A DNA stretch of 64,000 bases, taken from contig JBGASG010000001.1 in assembly GCA_044229845.1 (NCBI GenBank), forward strand, positions 768,001 to 832,000, given 5' to 3'. The notes under the pieces are model-generated. The model was given only the letters and a program-made list of their open reading frames with translations, was not told the DNA's origin and searched no databases. The DNA comes from Candidatus Obscuribacteraceae bacterium. Lineage in GTDB: Bacteria > Cyanobacteriota > Vampirovibrionia > Obscuribacterales > Obscuribacteraceae. The position numbers and the translations under genes were made by a program. Numbering within the stretch: the first letter of the stretch is position 1; each line of letters begins with the position of its first letter. Below are positions 17,211-26,273 of the stretch, in pieces.

Positions 17211-18283
17211 CGGTGCCCAGCCAGTGCTGATGTGGGCGCGTTCTTCAGCACGCGTCCGACCAGGGTGACAAGTTCCAGCAGCATGCCCTTGTTTCTCACC
17301 TCGGCAAAATTGTGGTATTCGAGAATGTGATACTTGGCGCCTTTGGCGACCAGGTTGGTGTCCAGATCCTCGAACAAGTCTTCGCCATGAAATGAGTTGC
17401 CCACCTGCATGACGATGATGTTCACCTCGTAGGGCTTGGTGACTTTCTTCGACGCTTCGATAAGCATCTCTTGCAGTGGCAAACCGACGTTGCCCCCGTC
17501 AGTGAGCACTGCCACTACCAGTGGTTGCTTGCCGAATTCCTTCGAGGTGTAGTAATCATTGAGCACCGAGGACAGAGCTGCCGAAAGCCGCTTGTCGGCG
17601 CCCTCGGGCTTGATGCGTTGGAATACTTGCTTCAAATCCCAAAGATTGACGCGGTTATGACGCTCGAATCTGTCGTTAAACAATACCAGGTCAAAGCCTT
17701 TATCGAGCACGCGTTCTGTACCGATGTACATGTTGTCGACCTGCTGCTGGCACCAGGTCCATTTAGTCAAATCACCGGGCACACCGGCGTTAAAATCAGC
17801 CATGGAAGCCGAACGATCGAGCATGACCACGATTTTGCACTTGCCGAGATCTTCCAGTTCTTTATCGAACGCGGAGGCGGCGAAGGTCAGTGGAATGTTG
17901 CGGTGCTTGAAGTCGGCCTTCAGTCCGGCGATATTGGTGGCAATGCTGGCGCGATAAGTCTTGCCGTTTCTCTGAATGGTGAGGTCGATGCTATCGGGTC
18001 CGACATCGGCATCCGTGACGGTGTCGCCCTCCCGCAATCCGGAGTAGGCTGCGGTGCTACCCAGGGATATTTTCGCCACCTTAGCCGGCAATTTACCGCG
18101 ACTGAGGGTCACTCCCGACCCTGATGACAGGTAGGAGAATTCATCGATTTGACCGAAGAGCTTCATCGGTTTCTTCTTAGACTCTTCCGCAGAGCACGCC
18201 GACGTGCCGAAACTGAAGAGGGCTGCGGAAAGGACGGCGGCGACGAAACAAACAGCAAGCGGCGGTAACGCGACTTTGATCAC
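17207..18283 (-). CDS. Secreted PDZ plus vWA domain protein
   Basis: Signal peptide; PDZ-like S.AAYSGLREGD.V...LTIQRNG; MIDAS motif LDRSASM...LTDG. Confidence 0.8.
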   Translation of the reverse strand: MIKVALPPLAVCFVAAVLSAALFSFGTSACSAEESKKKPMKLFGQIDEFSYLSSGSGVTLSRGKLPAKVAKISLGSTAAYSGLREGDTVTDADVGPDSIDLTIQRNGKTYRASIATNIAGLKADFKHRNIPLTFAASAFDKELEDLGKCKIVVMLDRSASMADFNAGVPGDLTKWTWCQQQVDNMYIGTERVLDKGFDLVLFNDRFERHNRVNLWDLKQVFQRIKPEGADKRLSAALSSVLNDYYTSKEFGKQPLVVAVLTDGGNVGLPLQEMLIEASKKVTKPYEVNIIVMQVGNSFHGEDLFEDLDTNLVAKGAKYHILEYHNFAEVRNKGMLLELVTLVGRVLKNAPTSALAGHR

Positions 18284-18284
18284 T

Positions 18285-19682
18285 TTAGTTACCTGACTTC
18301 TTCTTGATTGTCAGCTTGCCTGGTACTGCCTTTAGTGGCGTCTCCGGAATCGGCTCCAGTGGCTTTTGATTCTCTATGTGCACATAGTTCTTGTTATTGA
18401 TGGTGGTGCCGATCGGCATGATCATGGTGGAGCCGTGCATGTTTTTCATCTGTGAGTTGATACCGCTGGCTTGTGTGACCATTGAGTTGAGGCTCTCCTT
18501 GGCACCGGAGATCAATCCTGCGACATCGCGGTCGTAGAGCTCCTGAGCGGATTTGATTCTTTTCAAAGCGCGCTCGGTGGCGCGCGCCATGTCGTCTTCC
18601 ATGGGAGACTTCTGGCGGTCATCCCGTCTTGGAATGGTGGAGTTGTTCAACTGCCAGGCAGCACTCTGTTGCAGTTTAAAGGATGCTCCATATGAAACCT
18701 TGATATTGAAGATCTCCTGAATCAGCTGCTTGCGAATGTAGGAAGTCTGTTGATCCAGTGAGTTCTGTTTGTTCTCGACGTCTTGCTTGAGGCGGATAAA
18801 CAGCTGCTTCACAAGTCCACGTGTGGATGGCTCGTAGGTGCTCAGTTCGCCGAAGACATCCTTCATGCTGAGAAACTTAGCGGCGATCTCCGGCGACAGT
18901 TCCGTGCCGAACGGATCATAGGGAGTCTCATTGTTGAGGTTGGATGAAAGCGTCTGCCCGAGAGCATTCTTGGCGTTGTCTTTTTTCTCCGCAGGCTTCT
19001 CCGGCACGGCGCGCACATCAATCTTGGTTGGAGAGAGCATGCGATTCTCTGCGCGCAGCTCCTTCATTTGCAGTTCGTCTACTTCTTCCTCTGCTTCGTT
19101 GCGCAGACGCTCCATCTCCAGACCATAGTTAGGCGTCGTTTTCGGATTGAGGCTTTGCAAGTGGTCTTGCAGCCTTTCATAAAGTGATGTGATGCGAGCT
19201 TTGAACGTTTGCCTGGCATTTGTGATGTCGCGTTGCGCTCGGTTGTATTGAGCGTCGATGGCGGCTTCTGAGAGCAATGTATCTTTCTGAGCTGCCACTG
19301 CCTTCGGGTCCGGTCCGGTGGGCTCAGGCGGTTTTTCCACCTTGCCGGAAAGCGCTTCCAGAGCTTGCAACGAATATTGACCGGCCTGGGACGCCGGGGC
19401 GATGCGCACGCAGTGGGCGAACATCTTTGAGGCATTGTCGCGCTGTTCGAGCTTCAGGTAGCAGTTGCCCAGATAGTAAATGACGTTGGGGTCCTGCGGG
19501 TTCTGGCGACTGCGGTAATCGAGATAGCGGAGCGCCGTCTGATAGTCACCTTTGTTGTATGCATCGATGCCGGCCTTGGACATGGCTTCTAAATTCGGAT
19601 TGACAGGGGTCACCTCTCCGCTGCCATAGGCGGGAATCGCCAGCAGCAGGCAGATTACGGCAAGCATGACGTGTCTCATCAT
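18285..19682 (-). CDS. Secreted TPR / coiled-coil protein
   Basis: Signal peptide; TPR AGIDAYNKGDY..A...P.DPNVIYYLGNCY; abuts the vWA gene. Confidence 0.8.
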   Translation of the reverse strand: MMRHVMLAVICLLLAIPAYGSGEVTPVNPNLEAMSKAGIDAYNKGDYQTALRYLDYRSRQNPQDPNVIYYLGNCYLKLEQRDNASKMFAHCVRIAPASQAGQYSLQALEALSGKVEKPPEPTGPDPKAVAAQKDTLLSEAAIDAQYNRAQRDITNARQTFKARITSLYERLQDHLQSLNPKTTPNYGLEMERLRNEAEEEVDELQMKELRAENRMLSPTKIDVRAVPEKPAEKKDNAKNALGQTLSSNLNNETPYDPFGTELSPEIAAKFLSMKDVFGELSTYEPSTRGLVKQLFIRLKQDVENKQNSLDQQTSYIRKQLIQEIFNIKVSYGASFKLQQSAAWQLNNSTIPRRDDRQKSPMEDDMARATERALKRIKSAQELYDRDVAGLISGAKESLNSMVTQASGINSQMKNMHGSTMIMPIGTTINNKNYVHIENQKPLEPIPETPLKAVPGKLTIKKKSGN

Positions 19683-19788
19683 GCCGATTACTTACCCGGT
19701 ACAGGCAGACGATAAGCGATTGGTGAAGGAGCATCAGCACTGGACTGTGCGAGCTTTTTGTGATCGAGGACCGAATTTTGCTTTTCCC

Positions 19789-19814
19789 GGAACATAGGGG
19801 CGATCCCGCAGTCG
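19789..19814 (+). promoter_or_regulatory. Putative ECF sigma-factor promoter
   Basis: GGAAC (19789-19793)-N17-GTCG (19811), upstream of the matrixin gene. Confidence 0.5.
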
Positions 19815-19873
19815 TTGGGGTTTAGCATGCACCTCTCGGTTGTTTGTGTTGCTTGTGATTGCTGGAGGCCCCC

Positions 19874-20878
19874 ATGAGACAGGCTCGGTTGAGCGCAAAG
19901 GCGGTATTCTGTGCCGCTTGGCTGACTATTGTCGGCGGACTGTTGATGTTACTGGCGGCACAGATGCAGGCGGTGGGATTTCCGCTGAGCGGACCGGTAG
20001 CCGGAAGCGGTGACTACCTGGCAGAGATGGTGGAGGGCGGCGCCTATCGCTGGACGCCCGATCACATGCCGCTGAGGGTCTACATCGCTGATGGCTCGGG
20101 CGTCTCGGCATATCGACCGCAATTCAAACAGTTGATGCGCGATGCGTTCAATTCATGGATGCAGGCAGCGGCCGGTAAATTATCATGGGTCGAAGTCAGC
20201 GATCCGCGCCAAGCCGACATTATCACCAACTGGTCGGATAGCATTAGTATCCGCAACGGACAGCTGGAAGCCGGGCGAACGACTGCGGTCACCCAGACCG
20301 ACCGGCGGACAGGCGAACGTTCTCTGGTGGCGGCTGATGTCAAAATATTGACGCGCATCGGAGCGAAAGTTTTTTCCGACGATGAAATCCGCAAGACCAC
20401 CTTGCATGAAGTCGGGCATGCTCTAGGGCTGCAAGGTCACTCGCACTTGTCCAGCGACATCATGTATGCCAGTCTCTCGCGCAATCAAGTGCCTTTTCTG
20501 CAAGATCGCGATGCGGCAACTATCTCGCACCTATACGCGGGATATCCGCCGGCTGGCGCCGCAGGTGGTGGCAGCTGGATAGCTAGGCGTTTGCCACCAT
20601 GGCTGCAGGGTGGTGTGCCTGAAGTGGCTATGTCGCCGCATGCCCGACGCAACTCGCAGGATGCCTGGCAGGGTGCCAATGCGCCGTTTGCCCAGTTTTT
20701 CGGTGGCGGCGTCGACCAGAGACCGCCGTTCGCTCAGGGTAGTTTCAGGCGTCGTCGTGGCGGCGGCTATGGCGCTGGCGGTGGCTACGGATTTGCCGGC
20801 GGTGGCTATGGTGCCGGATATGGTGGCTACGGCGGCGGCGCAGACACTTACGTCCCGCAATACCAGGCTGGTTACTGA
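19874..20878 (+). CDS. Matrixin (M10-like) zinc metalloprotease with Gly/Tyr-rich tail
   Basis: HEVGHALGLQGHS plus Met-turn DIMY; N-terminal hydrophobic segment; GGAGG RBS. Confidence 0.9.
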   Translation: MRQARLSAKAVFCAAWLTIVGGLLMLLAAQMQAVGFPLSGPVAGSGDYLAEMVEGGAYRWTPDHMPLRVYIADGSGVSAYRPQFKQLMRDAFNSWMQAAAGKLSWVEVSDPRQADIITNWSDSISIRNGQLEAGRTTAVTQTDRRTGERSLVAADVKILTRIGAKVFSDDEIRKTTLHEVGHALGLQGHSHLSSDIMYASLSRNQVPFLQDRDAATISHLYAGYPPAGAAGGGSWIARRLPPWLQGGVPEVAMSPHARRNSQDAWQGANAPFAQFFGGGVDQRPPFAQGSFRRRRGGGYGAGGGYGFAGGGYGAGYGGYGGGADTYVPQYQAGY

Positions 20879-20887
20879 GGCGATTTC

Positions 20888-22255
20888 TCAAGCAATCAGA
20901 GCTGGTCTTGCTACCTGTTCTTCTTCCGGTTTCGTGATTACAGCGCTCTGCACGCTGCCGTCAGTCTTCGGCATGAAGAAAGTGGCCACGGCGCCGATCA
21001 GGTAGACGGCCGCGACGCTGGCGGCGGCTGTCGAATAAGACCCACCAAAGAGTGCAATCAGCTGCCCGCCGCCAATGGCCGCCAGAGCGGCGAAAACGCG
21101 TCCGGAGTTATAGCTGAAACCAAATGCGGTGCTGCGCATGCGGGTCGGAAAGAGTTCCGGCACGTAGACAAACAGCACGACGAAAGGCAAAATCGTCACG
21201 GCTCCGATTACGAACGCCCAGATCAAAAGGGGCGCACCGAATGACTTAACGGTTGTGAACATGGCGACACACGCGGCATAACTCGCTACAGAGCCGATGA
21301 AGAAACAACGTTTGCGCCCCCACAGATGCACCAGTTTGCCGCCGAATGTTCCGCAGGTCACAAGTCCGATGTTCATGACGATGGTGGTGATACTGCGCTC
21401 GGTGATCGCCTCCGTGCCGGTGATTTGTGTTATCCAGGCCGGTATCCACGCCAGCACCGCCCAGTATCCCATGATGCAAGACGCTGCCATGGCGACCACA
21501 GTAAATGTCTTGTGCCGCGTGCCGCTCGCGAAGAGGGCGGTGAAGCTGTTGCGCAGCAACTCTTTTTCCTGGTATGTGCGCAATTCAGGAAGTTTGAGGC
21601 GAGCGCGTTTGCGTGCTTCGGCGATGAATGCGAATTCTTCGGTGTCTTTCAGTTTGGCGCGCACGTAAAAGGTGAGCAATGCCGGCGTCACTCCAACTAG
21701 AAACAGAATGCGCCAGCCGAGAGAGCCGAAACACAGATTGAGCAGCGAAGTCGCCAGGTAGCCCCAACCGAATGCCGAGACCATAACGCCCATGGCATGC
21801 AGGCGAGATTTGCCGCGCCAGGTCTCGGACAGGATTACGCCGCCGATTCCGATTTCGCCGCCGATGCCGCACCCGACTAGAAACCGGCAGAACGCCAGCT
21901 CCTGCCATGTATGAACGAACGCGCAGAGTCCGGTGCAGAGCGCATAGGTAAGGATGGTGATCATCATGGTCTTGGCGCGACCGATTTTGTCGGCCAGCAT
22001 GCCGAACAAAATGGCGCCCGTAGCCCAGCCGAGCATGAAGATGGCCAGCACATAGCTGCCGTATTGACCGACCATCGCCGGTGACTTAGTGCCGATCAAC
22101 TCACCCAGCGCCGGAACCAACACCATCACGTAGATGGTGGCGTCCAGTCCGTCGAAGAATGCGCCCAGCCAGGCAGCCGTGAAGGCGTGCCATTTTGATG
22201 CCTGCTCAGGACTGCCGAGACATTCGTCTCGGAGCCTCATTAAGGATGCGAACAT
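20888..22255 (-). CDS. MFS transporter
   Basis: G.LADKIGR motif A, RFLVG.GIGGE, ELFPTRMR.T; about 12 TM segments. Confidence 0.93.
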   Translation of the reverse strand: MFASLMRLRDECLGSPEQASKWHAFTAAWLGAFFDGLDATIYVMVLVPALGELIGTKSPAMVGQYGSYVLAIFMLGWATGAILFGMLADKIGRAKTMMITILTYALCTGLCAFVHTWQELAFCRFLVGCGIGGEIGIGGVILSETWRGKSRLHAMGVMVSAFGWGYLATSLLNLCFGSLGWRILFLVGVTPALLTFYVRAKLKDTEEFAFIAEARKRARLKLPELRTYQEKELLRNSFTALFASGTRHKTFTVVAMAASCIMGYWAVLAWIPAWITQITGTEAITERSITTIVMNIGLVTCGTFGGKLVHLWGRKRCFFIGSVASYAACVAMFTTVKSFGAPLLIWAFVIGAVTILPFVVLFVYVPELFPTRMRSTAFGFSYNSGRVFAALAAIGGGQLIALFGGSYSTAAASVAAVYLIGAVATFFMPKTDGSVQSAVITKPEEEQVARPALIA

Positions 22256-22490
22256 AAATCCCGCCCATGTGACCGCAATTGCAGACAATCGTATGGATGC
22301 GGCCGCCTCTTGGCAAATTAACGAATGGCAATCAGGGGGGTAATTACGCGCGTTTACCACACATTTTGCAACGTGCCGGATTTATGTGGCGACCGCACAA
22401 AATGGCAACTCGCCAGGTGCACTGGTGCAACCTGACGAGTCGCGAGCAAACTCGTGGTCTTGCCGAGTCTGCACAAACCGATCTGATCGA

Positions 22491-23006
22491 TTAAGAGTTG
22501 GCGCCTACTGCTTCTTTCTGAGCGGTGGAGAGCACTGCTTGCAGTTTTGCTTCGTCTTCGTGGCTGAGCGAGGTTTTGATGATGTGCCCGCCCGTGCCTT
22601 GCAGGTGCTCATCAACCTTGTCGGTGGTTGCCGAGCGCACCAGTACGAATAGAGCAGATGTTCCAGGTTGCAGGGTTTGAGCGACCTGTTTGATGAAGTC
22701 ATCGTTGATGCCGACATCAGCCAGCGCGCCGGTAATCGCACCGGAAGCGGCGCCGACCGCAGCGCCCAGAAGCGGGCTCAAAAACAAGAGGCCGACCAAC
22801 GCTCCCCAGAAAGTCCCCTGGAAAGCGCCGAGCGCGGGCAGATTGACGGCTTGACGGAGCTTGACCTTGCCATCCTGTTTCTTCACGACAACTACTGCGT
22901 CTTCCAGATCGATCAAATATTCTCTTTGCAGTTTCAAGAGCGTCATGCGGACGTCGTCCGCTTTGTGCATGTCGTCGTAGCCGACAACGATAAGATGTGC
23001 CATCAC
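22491..23006 (-). CDS. DUF1269-type membrane protein
   Basis: LIDLEDAVVV.K..DGKV, FWG.LVGLLF, D.GINDDFIK...PG.SALF.L, T.DKV. Confidence 0.85.
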   Translation of the reverse strand: MMAHLIVVGYDDMHKADDVRMTLLKLQREYLIDLEDAVVVVKKQDGKVKLRQAVNLPALGAFQGTFWGALVGLLFLSPLLGAAVGAASGAITGALADVGINDDFIKQVAQTLQPGTSALFVLVRSATTDKVDEHLQGTGGHIIKTSLSHEDEAKLQAVLSTAQKEAVGANS

Positions 23007-23124
23007 ATACCTCGGTGTTCAAGGGGACATTTAGCTGAGGGGCGCATCATACTACTACCTGTGCGGCAGCACATGAAACGGTCGGCGAGGCGTTACTGCT
23101 TATGTGCCATCGTGGGCGGTGTCA

Positions 23125-23751
23125 CTATTTGTCGCCGGGGACAATGGCGTCGCTGATCGCGAAGAACGCGTTGTATGTCGCACGCGCCCCATCTAGCAGG
23201 GCTTGTTGCTCATCGACGGTGTTCAGGTCCTAGACGAATTTCTTCCAGAGAGCGGCGAATTCGGGGCCGTACGGGTCCAGGTATTCATGTCGATCTTCCC
23301 GTCCCCAGGCGCTTCGCAGTTGATGAGCCATGTACTTGCCGCCGTGCTTGCTGCCCAACAAAACGTAAAGTGCCCCCAGTAGAGCTACATCATTTTCTGC
23401 GAATGTACCTTCGTATCCAAACCTGTTGGTCTCGGGCAATGAGGCTGAGTTCTGAAGGATGTCGCCATGTTCTGCACTCAGCCGTTCCAGATCACGCTCT
23501 AAAAACTCTTGCTGAAAGTGATCGTTAGCGAGCACTCGGTTGAAAGGCTCCTTGTCAGCCAGTTCCTTCAAGCGGGCTTCGAACGCTGTGTGCAATACAT
23601 GCAGATGCTGCAAATAGCGCGCGTAGTTCTCTCGCGAGATGGCAGCCGATGCCAGCTGTTTCTGCAGAGGATGTTGCTCGATGCGTTCGTGCAACTCGCG
23701 CGTGGTGGTGCGCAGGGCATCACTATTCGGTGTGGGGGTAGTTGAACTCAT
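23125..23751 (-). pseudogene. Biliverdin-producing heme oxygenase-like gene interrupted by an in-frame TAG
   Basis: LR..T.ELH..IE and LGALYVLLGS..GG motifs. TAG at 23232-23230 is followed in frame by DLNTVDEQQALLDGARATYNAFFAISDA..., the expected terminal helix, up to TAG at 23127-23125. Confidence 0.7.
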
Positions 23752-23868
23752 GGGCGTATTGTACAGCCAGTCCGCCGCCGGTGTTCGCAGATTAAAATCA
23801 TCGGCGAAATGGAACTCAGGTGCCTTGCAGTGCTGTCATCTCATTCAGCGTCTCCAATGGGTGAAGAA

Positions 23869-24219
23869 ATGAGAAATCAGATGATCATGCTTGTGGCAGC
23901 AACCTTCGTGTTAGGTGGATTGACTGGCTGCGGATCTGCCGAAGACAAGCAAATTGCGCAAGAACAGAAGCAAGTGGAAAAGAACGCAGATCTGTCGAAG
24001 AAACAGATTGACCTCAACGCCGACCAGGCTAGAGAAACTGTGGACAATAACTTAGACGCAGACAAGAAAACGCTGGATCAGGCAAAAGACGATATCAACA
24101 AGGTTGCCGGCGACACCAAAGAGCAGATCGACCTCAAAGAGAAGGTAGAAAAGGCCAAGGTCGATGCGGCAGCCAAGAAAGCCAAGGCTGAGCTGGAAGT
24201 CGAGAAGAAGAACAACTAG
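23869..24219 (+). CDS. Lipoprotein, LEA-like or coiled-coil
   Basis: Lipobox LTGC after a hydrophobic leader; K/D/E/A-rich body. Confidence 0.8.
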   Translation: MRNQMIMLVAATFVLGGLTGCGSAEDKQIAQEQKQVEKNADLSKKQIDLNADQARETVDNNLDADKKTLDQAKDDINKVAGDTKEQIDLKEKVEKAKVDAAAKKAKAELEVEKKNN

Positions 24220-24777
24220 TTAGAAACCCAGAGTCACTTTGGTGCCGTCGTAAATCAGTTTGTCACCGTCGAACACGCGCTTGATCAGCGCCTGTCCGGC
24301 GGTGTTGACTGCTACTTCGACTTTCAAAGATTTCCCTCTGAACTGCAGGTCTCGACTTTGCCCCTCCGGCAGGTAAAGACGCTCGATACCGAAATTGACA
24401 CCATGATCTCCGAAGGAACTGCCTCTGGACGCGGCAGACCAGGGCGAGTCGGCGTGACCTCGCAGCACTGTTTGCCCGGCCGCCGGAATCGGTTTTGTCT
24501 TTGAATAGTTCACCAGCTTCCAGTTGCTCTTTGTTTTTGACAGGACTGCGTACACCACCTGATCAGGTTGCAGGTGCAGATGAGCCGGTGCAGGCTGTTC
24601 GAAGTCATAGCCGAGTTGTGCGTACTCACCGCGAAACATGTCGTATGGATCTACAGGTTTGGTCTGCAGGGTAAGCACGTCACCGTGAGTCATAGTCCAT
24701 GCCGGTTCTGCGTAGAGATAAGTGATGGTTGCCACTTGGGCAAATACTGCGGCTGCGAAGGCGAGATTCTTCAACAT
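24220..24777 (-). CDS. GDYXXLXY-family membrane-anchored protein
   Basis: PVDPYDMFRGEYAQLGY and FGIERLYLPEG motifs; directly downstream of the DUF2157-type gene. Confidence 0.85.
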   Translation of the reverse strand: MLKNLAFAAAVFAQVATITYLYAEPAWTMTHGDVLTLQTKPVDPYDMFRGEYAQLGYDFEQPAPAHLHLQPDQVVYAVLSKTKSNWKLVNYSKTKPIPAAGQTVLRGHADSPWSAASRGSSFGDHGVNFGIERLYLPEGQSRDLQFRGKSLKVEVAVNTAGQALIKRVFDGDKLIYDGTKVTLGF

Positions 24778-24787
24778 GTTTCTTCCC

Positions 24788-26107
24788 TCAAGAAGCGTGG
24801 GCGGTTCTATTGAACATGCGGCGGCGGTTCTTCTCGACGATCGCACCGGCAACCATAAGCACGACGCCTCCCATCACGAAGAACAGTGAGCGATCGAGCA
24901 TCGAGAAGAAGAAATCGAAATAGCGCGCCACTATATCCAGTACCACGAATACCATGGCTGTGTTGACCAGACCAGGACGGTTTGTGCGCATGCCGACTGC
25001 GATCATCCCGACCAAAAGAGCAGCGAACGCCAGGTTGGAGAGGACCGAGCTGAAGAAGTCGTTGCCTACGAATTGGAGAAACGCGCACCCGACCGCTGCC
25101 AGAAGTCCTAACAGCAGCTCCTCTTTTGCGACCTTGGTTTTGAACGCGACCAACGCGGCCACGGCAAATGTAGTGCCGCCTAGGGTGAGAAGGTCGAGAT
25201 TATTGAGCGAACTGATGCGCGAAGCCGCGTTGTAGTGGTCGAAGGTCATGAGGAAGTACGTCAGCGGAGTGATGACGGCTCCGGCGTAGAAAAATGCGTT
25301 GGCGAACAGAGGATTGCGCGTGCGGTACCAGAGGTGTGCGATCAGCAAGATGGCTCCGTAAATGCCGATGGCATAAAGATGTTGGCTGCACGCGAACCCG
25401 GTCCACAGCGCTCCGCCGACCAGGGTAATGATCAATGCCGTGCGGCTGCGAACTATGTGGCTAAGGACCAGCATCGAACCGACGGACAGTCCGAAGCCGA
25501 TCCAATCGGCGCCGTTGCGCGCCGAGCTGCTAGAAAATAGCGACCAGTGATGCCCTTCGTTGGCGACCAACCAGACCAGGCTGATGAGCGCCGTCAAGCT
25601 GGCGACGGCGGTCTGGCGTGTCACCAGTGTCATGGCGCCCGCACCAAGTCCCCAGAGTACAAGTCCGGTTTCCAGGCTCATATCCAGGTTGAGCATTTGA
25701 GCGACCAGCCAGATGCCGGCGCCATAAAAGATGCTGCCCAAAAGCAGCAACGCCCCACCTAGTTTTGGGTGCGTCGGCAGCGCATCGGCTGGCGCTCCGG
25801 TCGCCGCAGCATAGCTCAAGTGCCATCCGGTCGCATAGGACACAATGGTGGCCGCGAGTATTAACAACAGCTTGAACAAATGGGGAATCGCGGACCAGTT
25901 GGCACCCACGAAGAGCAAGGTGCCCAGGCCTATTAATACGGCACCGAGAATGGTGAGGATAGTGATGAAGGTAGACTTCTTGCTGAGCACCGGATAGCGC
26001 TGCAAGATCGCATCGGCGGTTTTATCGGAAACCAGACCTTCCCTTCTCCAGACCTCGACTTCTTTGCCGAGTGCAGTGCGGAATCGCGCTGTCAGTTGCT
26101 CAGACAT
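24788..26107 (-). CDS. DUF2157-type multi-pass membrane protein
   Basis: W..EGLVS...A..I..RY, LGAVLIGLG.LLFV.ANW, GAGI.LVAQ, RYFDFF.SML.RSLFF. Confidence 0.85.
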   Translation of the reverse strand: MSEQLTARFRTALGKEVEVWRREGLVSDKTADAILQRYPVLSKKSTFITILTILGAVLIGLGTLLFVGANWSAIPHLFKLLLILAATIVSYATGWHLSYAAATGAPADALPTHPKLGGALLLLGSIFYGAGIWLVAQMLNLDMSLETGLVLWGLGAGAMTLVTRQTAVASLTALISLVWLVANEGHHWSLFSSSSARNGADWIGFGLSVGSMLVLSHIVRSRTALIITLVGGALWTGFACSQHLYAIGIYGAILLIAHLWYRTRNPLFANAFFYAGAVITPLTYFLMTFDHYNAASRISSLNNLDLLTLGGTTFAVAALVAFKTKVAKEELLLGLLAAVGCAFLQFVGNDFFSSVLSNLAFAALLVGMIAVGMRTNRPGLVNTAMVFVVLDIVARYFDFFFSMLDRSLFFVMGGVVLMVAGAIVEKNRRRMFNRTAHAS

Positions 26108-26214
26108 GTAAAACTCCTGCGAATGGCGTGCGGCGAAAGAACATACCGCCAGAGTAATGCCTGAAAGCGCCCTCCTGTGACGTTCTGCGACAGTTAATAA
26201 TCTGTCGCCGGTGT

Positions 26215-26232
26215 TGTAAGGTCTGGTTAAGG
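26215..26232 (+). promoter_or_regulatory. OmpR-family (QseB/PmrA-like) tandem box upstream of czcA
   Basis: TGTAAG-N5-GTTAAG, 11-bp period. Confidence 0.5.
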
Positions 26233-26273
26233 TAGCGGTTTTAGGCTTGAGACTGAACTCCCGGACAGTCTCA

